A DNA stretch of 32,000 nt from Caldivirga maquilingensis IC-167 (GCF_000018305.1 NC_009954.1:1860001-1892000); one strand, 5' to 3'. Positions 18,880 to 29,271 are shown, counted from the stretch's first letter. The notes: generated by a model not told the origin, from the sequence alone. A program made the numbers and translations.

Positions 18880-19362
18880 ATGCGGTTTAGAACACATGTA
18901 GTCTTCTCAATTGGCTTAACAGCGTTAATTGAGTCGGCCCTGGGAATAAGTAACATTATCCTCCTCCTAGGATCCTCACTGGTTTTATCATATTTAATTA
19001 ACTTCCTCATAGATGCTCTTGGACATGAGGAGAAGAATGGATTCACCCATAGATCACCTAGAACACACACCATGAGTAGATCATTCACACTCGGCTTAAT
19101 CATAAGCCTACTGGTGGCTTTATTCCTCTACTACATGACACCCATAGGCGCATATAATGCGTTAATCATAGTATTAATGGGTCCTTTAACCGGGTGGAGC
19201 CACATGCTTCTAGACGCCTTAACGGAGGGAGGCATATACATTAGGAGGAATGGGAGGTGGGTTAGATTCGCCCTAGCCCACTTTAAGTATAATAATACTG
19301 TATTAAACTGGTTATTCACTATAATTGGAATTCTACTACTCATTAAGTCACTAGTAACGTAG
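18880..19362 (+). CDS. Membrane-bound metal-dependent hydrolase, YdjM/DUF457-like
   Basis: 160-aa ORF with about 4 TM segments. His/Asp-rich 'FLIDALGHEE', 'HRSPRTHT', 'GWSHMLLDALTEGG'. Confidence 0.6.
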   Translation: MRFRTHVVFSIGLTALIESALGISNIILLLGSSLVLSYLINFLIDALGHEEKNGFTHRSPRTHTMSRSFTLGLIISLLVALFLYYMTPIGAYNALIIVLMGPLTGWSHMLLDALTEGGIYIRRNGRWVRFALAHFKYNNTVLNWLFTIIGILLLIKSLVT

Positions 19363-19944
19363 CGTGAAATAACGCGTAACTACATTAGTGATGAAAACAT
19401 GATGAATAAGTTAAAGTTAAGATTATTCAACCATTATGCAAACCAAAGCAATATTAATACAGATACCATTAACACTACAATACTTGGAGTATTTGCTTCT
19501 AGTCATTCAAGGGATATAGTACTTAATGGTTATTAATTGGTAGATAAAGTATTGATAGTGTGGATGACTTTAGAAGCATTGAATCTATTGGTTAATCCAA
19601 GTAGTAGGTTAATTAAGAGGCGGAGAGGCCTCCTATTATATTTAGTTAATACTACCTATTCATTATCGATTACTCCTGCTTAGGCTGATTTTAGCAACAT
19701 CGTCTTTACCTAAACTTAACGTTAATTCACCATTCCTATACCATTAATCAATATTCTCAATATTATTTCTCACCATGTCTATAATCTTCCTAATATTATC
19801 AAGAAAACTACAACCATACTATCCTTTGCATTATTTTTAAATATTTAATCATTAGTAAAGCAAAATACATTTAACTAAAAGTGTTATCTCTATTATTTTA
19901 AAATTATAGGAAAAACTTAAAATGTAATAAATAGCAGACTTCGA

Positions 19945-20643
19945 GTGAAGGATATGGTTACTAGATTATATGTGAGACTTCATCATTATCATGATTGGAC
20001 TGAAGCCACGGCCGATTATCCAAGTATTGAAACTAGCATGGTATATTACTATCCATTTTTCGATAAGGGCTACAGTATCGAGGGCATAGTAGCACAGGGT
20101 ACAAAATATGGTGAATTAAAAACTTTCTTAAGGAGATTACCTCACTTAGCCAATATAGTGGATGTGATATATATAAATAAGATTAATAATCATTTATATG
20201 AAGTATTCTTTCTAGGCGACATTAGGGGTATGGTAAAATATGTAATATTAAATGAGGGGGGTATTGTAATAAACTCAAAGGTTAAGAATGGAACCAAGGA
20301 CTTTACAGTATATTTAATAAATGATCATGAGGAAAAAATATCATCATTATATGAAAAACTTAATAATTATGGTGAATTACTGAACTTCATAACTAATAAA
20401 ATACCCGGAAATATTCCACTTTTTAATCGTAGTACTTTACCTTACTTAACAAATACTGAGGGAAAAATACTAGTATATGCATATTTAAATGGGTATTTCG
20501 ATCGATCAAGAAAGATAAATCTTAATAATATTGCTGCAAAGTTCAATGTAAGTAAGGCAACGGTCGATGCGCATCTAAGAAATGCAATAAAGAAAATCCT
20601 TAATGCATACTTTATAAGAGATATGAATGCAATGCGTTACTGA
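19945..20643 (+). CDS. HTH_10 (Bat-type) DNA-binding protein with an uncharacterised N-terminal domain
   Basis: 232-aa ORF with a GTG start. The C-terminal 'LTNTEGKILVYAYLNGYFDRSRKINLNNIAAKFNVSKATVDAHLRNAIKKIL' fits the HTH_10 pattern. I do not recognise the N-terminal 170 or so residues. The gene is very AT-rich (a spot line counts 27% G+C) with AGA-type Arg codons. Confidence 0.7.
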   Translation: MKDMVTRLYVRLHHYHDWTEATADYPSIETSMVYYYPFFDKGYSIEGIVAQGTKYGELKTFLRRLPHLANIVDVIYINKINNHLYEVFFLGDIRGMVKYVILNEGGIVINSKVKNGTKDFTVYLINDHEEKISSLYEKLNNYGELLNFITNKIPGNIPLFNRSTLPYLTNTEGKILVYAYLNGYFDRSRKINLNNIAAKFNVSKATVDAHLRNAIKKILNAYFIRDMNAMRY

Positions 20644-20749
20644 TCTTTATTTCCTTTAAAAATTAATATGTAAATTAAAATCCAAGAAGCAAAAACAATA
20701 ATTTTAAACTTTATAATTTTAGTGATATCAAATTACTCGATTAATTTGC

Positions 20750-22162
20750 CTAAACAGCAACCTCCTCTGTTTCAGGTGGTTTATACTTCCTAGCATCAAA
20801 ACCTATTGCTAATCCCAAGATTGCAGTTGCTAAAGCATAGATACCCAGTATTTCCGTCATCTTAGGGGCACCGAGAACGGCTAACCATGTGGGCGCTATG
20901 AAAGAACCTACAACAGCGGCTAACTTAACCCAGAAATAACCCCAGCCTGCTGCAGTGCCTCTTTCACTGGCACCGAAGGCCGCATTTATGGACGTCATAC
21001 CCTGGCTTGCAGGCACAATAACATGCCCAAAGTAAAATGCAGAAGCAAATAATACGAATAGCCAGAGGGGCCAGTGATACAGGAATGTGAATGCAAGACC
21101 AAGTAGTGTTATGCCAGCTAACGCAGCACCGATCACGTACTGAGACTTAGTACCTATTCTAGGCGTAAGATATGCCGTAAGGACTCCAGCAATTACACCC
21201 ATACCATAGAATATTGCAGATGCCTCTATAGTGGCTAATGAACCGGCTAGGTGCATAGTCAGTAATATATACGGCATGTAGAAACCAAAGGTGTAAAATT
21301 CAAAACCCTGTTCAAAGTTTCCATTAAAGCAATAAACAAGTTCCCTCCACTTGTTCCTCCTGAATATCTTAAATGCGGACCTTAATCCCCTAGCAGGTCT
21401 TCTTAATTCTACGTCAATATCAGGTACGTCAGGTAAATCAATACCGTGTGTACGCTTAAGGATCCTCTTAGCAGTGGCTAGACGCCCCCTATATGCCTCC
21501 CATAGTACGGACTCTGGTATTCTTGCTCGTAGCATTAATATAATGAACGCAAAAACGGCCCCTCCAAACATAATAATCCTCCAGAACCATGGATGAAGTA
21601 ATGAGTAAGTTATTAAGTAGAATGGTAATACGAAGATAAATATAACAACCTCATACATTAGATACCACTGCAACTGCCATAAGTTAGACCAGACTAATCT
21701 TTGCTGTTTCTCTAGGTATTCGAATATGTACGCAAAACCTGTTGCCGTATCTGCACCCAATGCAAAACCAAGTAATATTCTAAAGACTGTGAAAGTATAT
21801 GGATCCGGTGCAAGACCGGCCCCAACTGCCATTACCGTAAAGAGTATCATATTCAAGATGAACATGTTTCTTCTACCAATTCTATCAGTTAACCAACCAC
21901 CAACTACAGCACCTACCGTAGCTCCTATTTGAACCGCAGCTACTGCTAGGCCAAAGAGCCACGTGGACATCCAGGGAAACGTATTCTTAAATGCTGCTGT
22001 TGCAAATGTGAATGCTGCAAAATCATAGGCATCAACCCATAGCGAGGCCAAGGCAAGAATTACTATGTATCTAGCTGTTATATTCTTAGTATTTAACACA
22101 ATCTCATAGATCCTAGCAATACCTCTCTCGATCTCCTCCCTGCTGTAGTTGCCCTGAGACAT
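20750..22162 (-). CDS. MFS transporter (paralog A)
   Basis: 470-aa ORF with about 12 TM segments. MFS motif A 'GGWLTDRIGRRN'. It aligns end to end with the ORF at 30588..31997. Confidence 0.85.
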   Translation of the reverse strand: MSQGNYSREEIERGIARIYEIVLNTKNITARYIVILALASLWVDAYDFAAFTFATAAFKNTFPWMSTWLFGLAVAAVQIGATVGAVVGGWLTDRIGRRNMFILNMILFTVMAVGAGLAPDPYTFTVFRILLGFALGADTATGFAYIFEYLEKQQRLVWSNLWQLQWYLMYEVVIFIFVLPFYLITYSLLHPWFWRIIMFGGAVFAFIILMLRARIPESVLWEAYRGRLATAKRILKRTHGIDLPDVPDIDVELRRPARGLRSAFKIFRRNKWRELVYCFNGNFEQGFEFYTFGFYMPYILLTMHLAGSLATIEASAIFYGMGVIAGVLTAYLTPRIGTKSQYVIGAALAGITLLGLAFTFLYHWPLWLFVLFASAFYFGHVIVPASQGMTSINAAFGASERGTAAGWGYFWVKLAAVVGSFIAPTWLAVLGAPKMTEILGIYALATAILGLAIGFDARKYKPPETEEVAV

Positions 22163-22250
22163 GGTTACTCATTGCTATACCTGGGCGTATTAATTAATTG
22201 AATCTTACCTGTTAGATTTAATTATGTAAATAATTCTTTTCTTTGAAATG

Positions 22251-23400
22251 CTACGTGGTGTATTTTTTCAGTTTTTCTTCATTTATGTCAAGTCCCAAAC
22301 CTGGTTTACTTGGTATGATTACTTCATCCTTCTTAAATACCTCTATGGGCTCCCTGGGTATGTCATATGCCAGTGGGTTCTTCTCGATGTAGTAGTATTC
22401 GTATGTTGGTGTGAAGATTATGTGGCTTGGTAGTGAAGGCTATTACTTGGAGCGTTGCCGCCCTACAACCAGCCCCTGATAATCCAACGTGGAATGTCAT
22501 AAGTATGCCGAAGGAGTCAGCTAATGAGGCTATTTTAATGGCCTCCGTTATCCCACCAACCCTGGCTATGTCGGGCATGGTGATGTCCATGGCGCCCCTA
22601 CGCATGAATTCAAGCCACTGGTACTTTGTGAATAGTGTTTCCGCGGCGGCTATGGGTATGTCCAGGGCCCTTGAAACCCTAACGTAGGCCTCAGGGTTAT
22701 CAGGTGGTACAGGCTCCTCAAACCAAAGTACGTCGTATTTCTCAAGCATCCTGCCCACCTTTATTGCGGTGGCCACGTTGTATGCCGTGTTGGCATCAAC
22801 CATTATCTCAACTTCATTGCCCAGGGAGTCCCTTATGGCCTTTATCACGGCTTTATCAACATCGTATCCCCTGCCAATCTTAACCTTAATGTACCTAAAC
22901 CCCTGCTCCACTAACTTACTAACCTCCTTAACCGTGTCCTCAGGGCTCATAAAAAGGATTGATGAGACTTATGCAGTGGCCCTATCCCTGAAGGAACCGC
23001 CCAGGAGTTTATGCACGGGCTTTCCAAAGTACTTACCTTTAATATCCCATAGAGCTAGGTCAACCCCTGATAGAGCCTCCACGTAGTAACCCGCGAAGTG
23101 CCCTCTAATCCTCATTGCAGTGAATAATTCCTCCCAGAGGACCTCATTATCCAGTGGATCCCTGCCAAGGAGCATGGGCCTAAATAATTCATTAATCACG
23201 GAGGCAGCCGCCGAGGGAGCCTCCCTCGCTATGGATTCACCCCAGCCCACTATGCCCTCATCAGTCTCTATTTTTACGTAGACTGCTGTGAAGCCGTGGC
23301 TTATGCGTGATGCCACGGTCTCGTAATGGCCCCTAAACCCCGTTACGGGTTTCCCCACCTCGGCTCTTAGTACGTATGTCTTTACATCCGTTATTTTCAT
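22251..23400 (-). pseudogene. Mandelate racemase/muconate-lactonizing (enolase superfamily) enzyme, probably a sugar-acid dehydratase type; disrupted
   Basis: The N-domain ORF (22969..23400, 'VDLALWDIKGK', 'PVHKLLGG') and the barrel ORF (22363..22950, 'KVKIG', 'MVDAN', 'WFEEP') share one frame and are separated by TAA 22969-22971. The true C-terminus (…YEYYYIEKNPLAYDIPREPIEVFKKDEVIIPSKPGLGLDINEEKLKKYTT*) is in another frame at 22251..22439, so there is an additional frameshift between 22366 and 22439. Confidence 0.85.
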
Positions 23401-23491
23401 ACCAATAACGAATAAGTATATGGGGGTTAAATATTTATATTGTACAGGTTAGAATTAAGGTATTTAATATCTGAAATATGAGTGTGATACC

Positions 23492-24373
23492 GTGATTGTA
23501 GGTTTAGTGGGCTTGGGTAGGATGGGTGGCGCCTTTGGTAGGGTTCTGCTTAGTAAGGGCTTTAACCTGGTCGTCTACGACGTGGTTAGGGATAAGGTCA
23601 ATGAATTCGTAAAACTCGGCGCAACCGGCGCCTCATCACCCGCGGACCTTGCCTCTAGGGTTGATATAGTGCTTACTAATGTTCCTAGGTCTGAGGATGT
23701 ACTGGATGTTTATCTCGGTGGTAATGGCATTCTCAGTGGTGCTAAGCCGGGCCTTATAGCTGTGGAGACAAGCACAACAGACATTAAGACTAAACTCAGG
23801 GTTGCGGAGGAGTGTAGGAGGAGGAATGTGGGGTTCATAGTTGCAATGCTGGGTAAGACGGTGCCTCAGGCTGAGAGGGGTGAGACTCCGTTGTTTGTTG
23901 GTGGTCCTGAGGAGGTTTTTAGGGATAAGAGGGTTCAGGAGGTTTTTCAGGCAATATCCTCTGGTAGGATTTATTATATGAGGACTATTGAGGCTGCCGT
24001 AGCCTTTAAATTAATCACGAACTCCATGGGCTTTGCACAATTACTGACATTCCTAGAGGGCCTACTCTTCATTCAGAAATTCGGTATAAGCATTGAGGAG
24101 TTTCTGGAGGCGGCTAGGGATACCGCAGCGTATAACTACTGGTTTGATGCTAGGCGTGAGAAAATACTCAAGGAGGACTATAGTGCCTATTTCTCAATTG
24201 ATTACATAATTAAGGATTTGATGTACACGCTTGAGGAGGCAAAGGAACTGGGGTGTCCTTTACCGGCTACTGCACTAGCCCTTCAGTACTACGTGGCGGC
24301 TAAGGGTATGGGTTATGGGGGTGAGGACGGTATAGCATTAATAAAATTGCTGAGGGAGTCCTGCAAGAAATGA
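23492..24373 (+). CDS. NAD(P)-dependent beta-hydroxyacid dehydrogenase (3-hydroxyisobutyrate / 6-phosphogluconate dehydrogenase-like)
   Basis: 293-aa ORF with a GTG start. 'VGLVGLGRMGGAFG' dinucleotide fold. HIBADH-type length and helical C-domain ('KLITNSMG', 'KDLMYTLEEAKELGCPLP'). Confidence 0.8.
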   Translation: MIVGLVGLGRMGGAFGRVLLSKGFNLVVYDVVRDKVNEFVKLGATGASSPADLASRVDIVLTNVPRSEDVLDVYLGGNGILSGAKPGLIAVETSTTDIKTKLRVAEECRRRNVGFIVAMLGKTVPQAERGETPLFVGGPEEVFRDKRVQEVFQAISSGRIYYMRTIEAAVAFKLITNSMGFAQLLTFLEGLLFIQKFGISIEEFLEAARDTAAYNYWFDARREKILKEDYSAYFSIDYIIKDLMYTLEEAKELGCPLPATALALQYYVAAKGMGYGGEDGIALIKLLRESCKK

Positions 24374-24412
24374 TTTATTTTAAATGAATGCGCAGCATTA
24401 ATAAAATAAATC

Positions 24413-25525
24413 TTACTCCCTCGCAATCCTTAAACTCACTCCTTTTGTTTCTGGGCCTATAGCTGCCCCTATGGCTCCCAGAATCCCACCTATGATTAGC
24501 ATTATAGCCGCTATGGGCCACATACTGCGGAATACTGGGTATAGTAGTATTGACCAACATGGCATTAATGTTGTCGAGAGGAAAATACCTGAACTATAAC
24601 CAAAACCAACACCTAAGTCCCCCTCACGGTTGCAAACCTCTCTGAGAGGTATGCTGGTTCCACACCCCAAATCCAATTGGTGAACCAACCAACTAGGAAT
24701 GTACCTAGCTAGAGAAGTAATGAGCTTCTGAGGCTACCTCCAAGGTAAAGTATGTAGAATGATGGTAATGCCATTATTGCGGAACCAATACCTGCTATTA
24801 TTATCGCAAGTCTCCTCCCTATAAAGTCACTCATTAAACCCGTAAACCATATTGAAATAGCGTCAATTAGGCCAGCTATTGCGTAGAAGAATGATGCCGT
24901 GACACCTGGAAGCCCAGTTTCTGTTAGGATGCCCACGAAATAATTAAACATTGACCATGAGCAGTAAAACATCCCAGTCATAACGAGCATGACCTGTAGG
25001 AACGTGAGGACTATCTCCTTGGGCCACAGCGTAAACCATGTTATGACAGCGCCACCCATGGCAACACCAAATGCAAAGCCTGATTTATCAACACCACCGG
25101 CAAACCCCCTCCATTTAATCGGTACCTGTCCCAATACAAATAGATGCCCAGCTGCGTACTCACCGCCGATGAATACTTAGTATTGAGAATGTTATGTAAG
25201 CCATTATGCTAACCTGCGCGTAAGTGGGTATCGCAGCCGTTAATGCACTAAGAACCCTAGCACCGAGTAACGTGATCATCAAGACACTTCTCCTACCAAT
25301 TATACCGGCATAGTTACTGAATAATGCATTACCCACAGGCCTCGCAATCAATGTGAATACATATCCATACAGCATTATGAAGTACGCAAGCCATGCCGGT
25401 AATTTAGACAGTAGCAAAACCTTCGCCAGAATTGGGGTCACTGCGGTAACTAACATGAGATCGTAAGCATCTAGGAAAATCCAATTGATTGACCAAGAAG
25501 TGCCAATGCCTCTTGCCTTGTTCAC
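24413..25525 (-). pseudogene. MFS transporter of metabolite:H+ symporter type, broken into three frames
   Basis: Three consecutive minus-strand ORFs (25160..25525, 24709..25134, 24413..24688) read as one transporter ('IGRRSVLMITLL', 'FIGGEYAAGHLFVLGQVPIKWRGF' across the break, 'MSDFIGRRLAI', 'GPETKGVSL'). The gaps of 25 and 20 nt are not multiples of 3, so there are at least 2 frameshifts. Confidence 0.8.
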
Positions 25526-25641
25526 CTATATTCAAAATCCTTAGTCACTATTAATAAAAACATTGTTAATTCTAGGTATTAAATACTAAATCTGACTTGT
25601 TTAAATAAAGATTAAATAGTTTAAAGATAATAGTCACATTA

Positions 25642-27271
25642 ATGGATGCACCTACCCTGCTAACCGATGTTCTTAGAGAATTGAGGGCTGACTTATCATT
25701 TACAGTGGCTGCTGAGGGTATAATGCCTATTTTGAGGTCATTTATTAAGCAGGGTATTAATGTCGTGAATGTCAAATTCGAGCCATCCCTGAGCTTTATG
25801 GGCATTACCTATTCACGCCTAATTAATAAGCCAGGGCTTATTGTGGTTACACCAAGGCCTGGCGCACTTGGGGTTGTCTCACCAACTGCTGAGGCCTTTG
25901 TTGAGGGTGACCCGTTGATTGTGGTTTCGATGAATGTTGATGGTATTAGAGGTACTCACATGCATTAATTACCCCGTAGTGATACTCAAATTTCCGTTTT
26001 CAAATCAATAACTAAGGCAACGTTCAGTATAAATGATCCGAGGGATATACTAAGCATCTTAACTAAGGCGTTTAGTATTTCCATGAGTGATAAACCAGGC
26101 CCTGTCTACGTGGAAATATCTAGTTCCATGTTAAGTGAGGATATTGGTGAGATTAAGTATAAGGTTTATTACAGCGTGAGTAGGCCATTGGCATCCCCCA
26201 ATGATGTAAAGACCACGGTTGACTTAATATGTAGCGCTGAGTATCCTGTTATTCTAGTGGATAGGGGCGTTAGGATATCCCATGCAACTAATGAGGTGAT
26301 TAAGGTAGCCGAAACAATTAACGCGCCCATTGTAACCACGGTAATGGCTAAGGACGCCATACCCAGTAATCACCCACTCTATGCAGGGGTGGCCATTGGT
26401 AGGGCGGGTAATATCGTTGCTTACGAAGTTCTACGAAAGGCGGATGTAATCTTATCCGTGGGTAATAGGTTTAGTGAGATTGGTACTGGTAGGTACTCAC
26501 TTGAGATCAATGGTGAGCTAATACACGTTAATGTTGACCCATACGACCTCGGCAGGGCGTATAAACCCCGCTTGGCTGTTCTCGCTGATGCTAAGGATTT
26601 CCTTACGAAAGTCCTCCAGGAATTAAGCTTAAGGGGTAGGTGTAGGGGGGAGGGAGTATAGGGAATTAACTAGGTATTATAGTTCAATCTCTGGGCTTAT
26701 AAAGCCCTGGGAGGTTATTAAGGCCGTTAGGGATTCCGTTAGGGGTAACGTGATATTTCTAGGGGATGTGGGTGCTCATAGGATTGAAAGCTTCCTAATG
26801 CCCATCTATGAAAATGAGAGGTACATAACAACCACAAGTTACGTATCAATGGGGCTTGCTGTACCGGGGGCCGTGGCAGCATCAATAGTGGATTCGGATA
26901 AGACCGTAATAGCCCTCGTGGGTGATGGTGGGTTCCTAATGACGGAGCTTGAATTATCCACCGCTGTACAGTACCATGCTAAGCCAAAGATCATAATCTT
27001 TAACGACTCATCATACAGAGTGTTGGGTGTATATGAGAAGGTCAGGTTTGGTGGTATAACTGAAGATCTCATTAAATTACCCACGGTAAACTTCGCGGAA
27101 TTGAGTCGCTCACTTGGTGCTGAGGGCATAACCGTTGAGGATAGAGGTGAATTAATGAAGGCGATTAATGAAATGCTTGCAATAGACAGGGCTGTGGTTG
27201 TTGATGTGCGTATTGACCCAAAGTCGGTGCCCATACCATATCAAAGATTGTATGAAATGCATAGTTTATAA
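25642..27271 (+). pseudogene. Thiamine-pyrophosphate enzyme, acetolactate-synthase-like; disrupted
   Basis: ORF1 (25642..25968) and ORF2 (26083..26661) share one frame across TAA 25966-25968; the intervening 38 codons are open and family-like ('ITKATFSINDPRDI…KPGPVYVEI'). ORF3 (26750..27271) carries the TPP motif 'GDGGFLMTELELSTAVQYHAKPKIIIFND' and is in the +1 frame. Its frame opens at 26633, so the shift lies in 26633-26659, which holds G4 and G6 runs. Confidence 0.85.
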
Positions 27272-27319
27272 TGGTGAGCGGAGCCTTCAGTGCTTTGAGT
27301 CGTAATAAGTAGGGTTTAA

Positions 27320-29164
27320 TTAAATATCTAGTTCCTTTACGATGCCATCCTCCGTTAGTCCCCTCTTTCTATAGTAAAGTGGTAGCCATTTTTCGACTAT
27401 CCTGGGTATTTTTGTGTCATCTCTTTTTTCGTGGGGTGTCAGCATTCTTGGTGGTAATACATCGTCTTTTCTCGTAATTCCTAATTGGTTGTTTATCCAT
27501 CTTTCTATTTTCCAAATTCTACCCCCAATCTCCAGTATTTTCTCCACGGTGTAATCCTTACCTGTTGTTAGCTTTAGTAGGTTTATTATATCCGTTATTG
27601 TTAGTCCTGCGAAGTGTGCATATTTACACATTGTCAGTGAGTCATACACCACCATTAGGTTTTGTATGTTTATTACTATATCCACCATCTCATCACTCTC
27701 ATTATAACGATCTGTACGTGCATTAATCCCCAGTTCAGGTATTGGTATACCTCTCCATGGTATATGGGTAAAACCAAGGTGATCCGCGCCCCTATTCATT
27801 GTCATGAAGCTTAACGCATGTGCAAAGAATGCCCTACCATCATGGGCTGGCACCTCTAAACCTTTAATGTGCATTGCGAATTCCCTACCGCCAATCCTCT
27901 CAGAGACCCTCCTGACGCCCTCGGCCAGTAGATCCCCGATGCCGTCCCTGTAGGCAATTTTTTGTACAAGTTTGATTATCGTGTCCGCGTTACCCCATTC
28001 AAGCCTTAACCCATCAACTTCCTTATTAATTAGTCCCTTCTCCGCCGCCTCGAATATGAAACCTATGACGTTGCCCGTGGACATGGTGTCAAGGCCCAGT
28101 TTATCGCATAGTTCATTTATCTTGATCATGGCCTCAAGGTCGCTGTTTAGTAGGTTTGAGCCCAGCAATGCTAGGGTTTCGTACTCAGGGCCAAGCCCCC
28201 TGAAGCCCCCTGGGAAGTACTTACTGCCCGGTTTAACCTCGACGTACCTCTTACACGCCACTGGGCATGTGGTGCATGGGAATGGTCTCTTTAGGAATGT
28301 TTCCGTGAGCTTCTCACCACTTATTTTGAACACCTCATCATCGTTCCACCTACCCCATGCGAAGTTCTTAATGGGTAGGTTGCCTATTTGATGATATAAA
28401 TTAACGGTACCCGCACTACCGTATCTCCTAAATGACGCGCCCCTTGTTGAGCTGGCGAGCTTTACGTTTAGGTCCCTCACGTACCTCCTTAATCCTTCAG
28501 GGTCCGCCATGGATATATCCTCAACGCCCTTAACAACAATGGCCTTCAACTTCTTACTACCCATGACCGCACCACCACCAGTCCTTCCACCAATTCCCTC
28601 CTCATTTGCTATTGTTGAGAACTTCACCAGGTGCTCACCAGCTGGCCCTATCGCTATTGCCTTAATTGATGGGTCACCCAGGTCCTTCTTGATGGAGTTC
28701 ACGGTCTCCATTATATCAAGACCCCAATACTTCTCCGCACCCCTAATCTCCACGTGGTCACCCTCAATGTATATGTAAACGGGCTTCTCCGATGCCCCCT
28801 TAACGATCACCGCGTCATAACCAGCCCTCTTAAGCTCGTAGGCAAACCTAGTACCTATGTGCGTGGCGCCGAAGATGCCGGTTAATGGTGAGATGAAGGC
28901 CGCGGATAACCTACCGCTTTGGGGTATGATTTCGCTGGTTAATGGACCGCTGGCGAACACGATGATGTTGCTTGGATCCAGGGGGCCCCTTATCTCGTGG
29001 AAATTCTTATAGATGAAGTAGGCAGCCAGTCCTTCACCACCAAGGACTTTATCATAAACCTCGGCATCTAGGGTTAACGTCTTAATACCGCCACTGCTTA
29101 GATCAACCTCGACAACCTTACCCACCCAACCAAATAGCCTGGGCATTTGGTGTTGTGTAGGCAT
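27320..29164 (-). CDS. Aldehyde:ferredoxin oxidoreductase family enzyme (tungstopterin type)
   Basis: 614-aa ORF. 'GKVVEVDLSSG', 'GGEGLAAY', 4Fe-4S ligands 'CTTCPVACKR', 'EYETLALLGSN', 'GLDTMSTG'. The second ATG (MPRLFGW...) is an equally plausible start. Confidence 0.92.
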   Translation of the reverse strand: MPTQHQMPRLFGWVGKVVEVDLSSGGIKTLTLDAEVYDKVLGGEGLAAYFIYKNFHEIRGPLDPSNIIVFASGPLTSEIIPQSGRLSAAFISPLTGIFGATHIGTRFAYELKRAGYDAVIVKGASEKPVYIYIEGDHVEIRGAEKYWGLDIMETVNSIKKDLGDPSIKAIAIGPAGEHLVKFSTIANEEGIGGRTGGGAVMGSKKLKAIVVKGVEDISMADPEGLRRYVRDLNVKLASSTRGASFRRYGSAGTVNLYHQIGNLPIKNFAWGRWNDDEVFKISGEKLTETFLKRPFPCTTCPVACKRYVEVKPGSKYFPGGFRGLGPEYETLALLGSNLLNSDLEAMIKINELCDKLGLDTMSTGNVIGFIFEAAEKGLINKEVDGLRLEWGNADTIIKLVQKIAYRDGIGDLLAEGVRRVSERIGGREFAMHIKGLEVPAHDGRAFFAHALSFMTMNRGADHLGFTHIPWRGIPIPELGINARTDRYNESDEMVDIVINIQNLMVVYDSLTMCKYAHFAGLTITDIINLLKLTTGKDYTVEKILEIGGRIWKIERWINNQLGITRKDDVLPPRMLTPHEKRDDTKIPRIVEKWLPLYYRKRGLTEDGIVKELDI

Positions 29165-29192
29165 TCATGGGATTAAATATGTTATTTTTACA

Positions 29193-29271
29193 TGTAAAAA
29201 AGGACGTCATTGCCTTGGTGAAACTCGCTAATGAGTATAAGGTGCCTGTAATACCGTGGGGCGCTGGGACA
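29193..29271 (+). pseudogene. Stub of an FAD-linked oxidase (GlcD / D-lactate dehydrogenase-like FAD_binding_4 N-terminus)
   Basis: I read this manually. 'VKKDVIALV' (frame 1), then after one extra A in the run at 29220-29223, 'KLANEYKVPVIPWGAGT' (frame 2). Together these match the family pattern 'eeV..iv.lAne..ipvipRGaGT'. There is no N-terminus and no continuation. The stub overlaps the 3' end of the minus-strand ORF 29228..29572. Confidence 0.4.

Noticed and set aside
26633-26659. The G4/G6 window as a programmed +1/-1 frameshift signal, by analogy to the Sulfolobus fucosidase case.
   Set aside because: The same gene also carries an independent in-frame TAA and divergent catalytic-domain motifs, so decay is more parsimonious. 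I kept it as something to verify, not as a claim.
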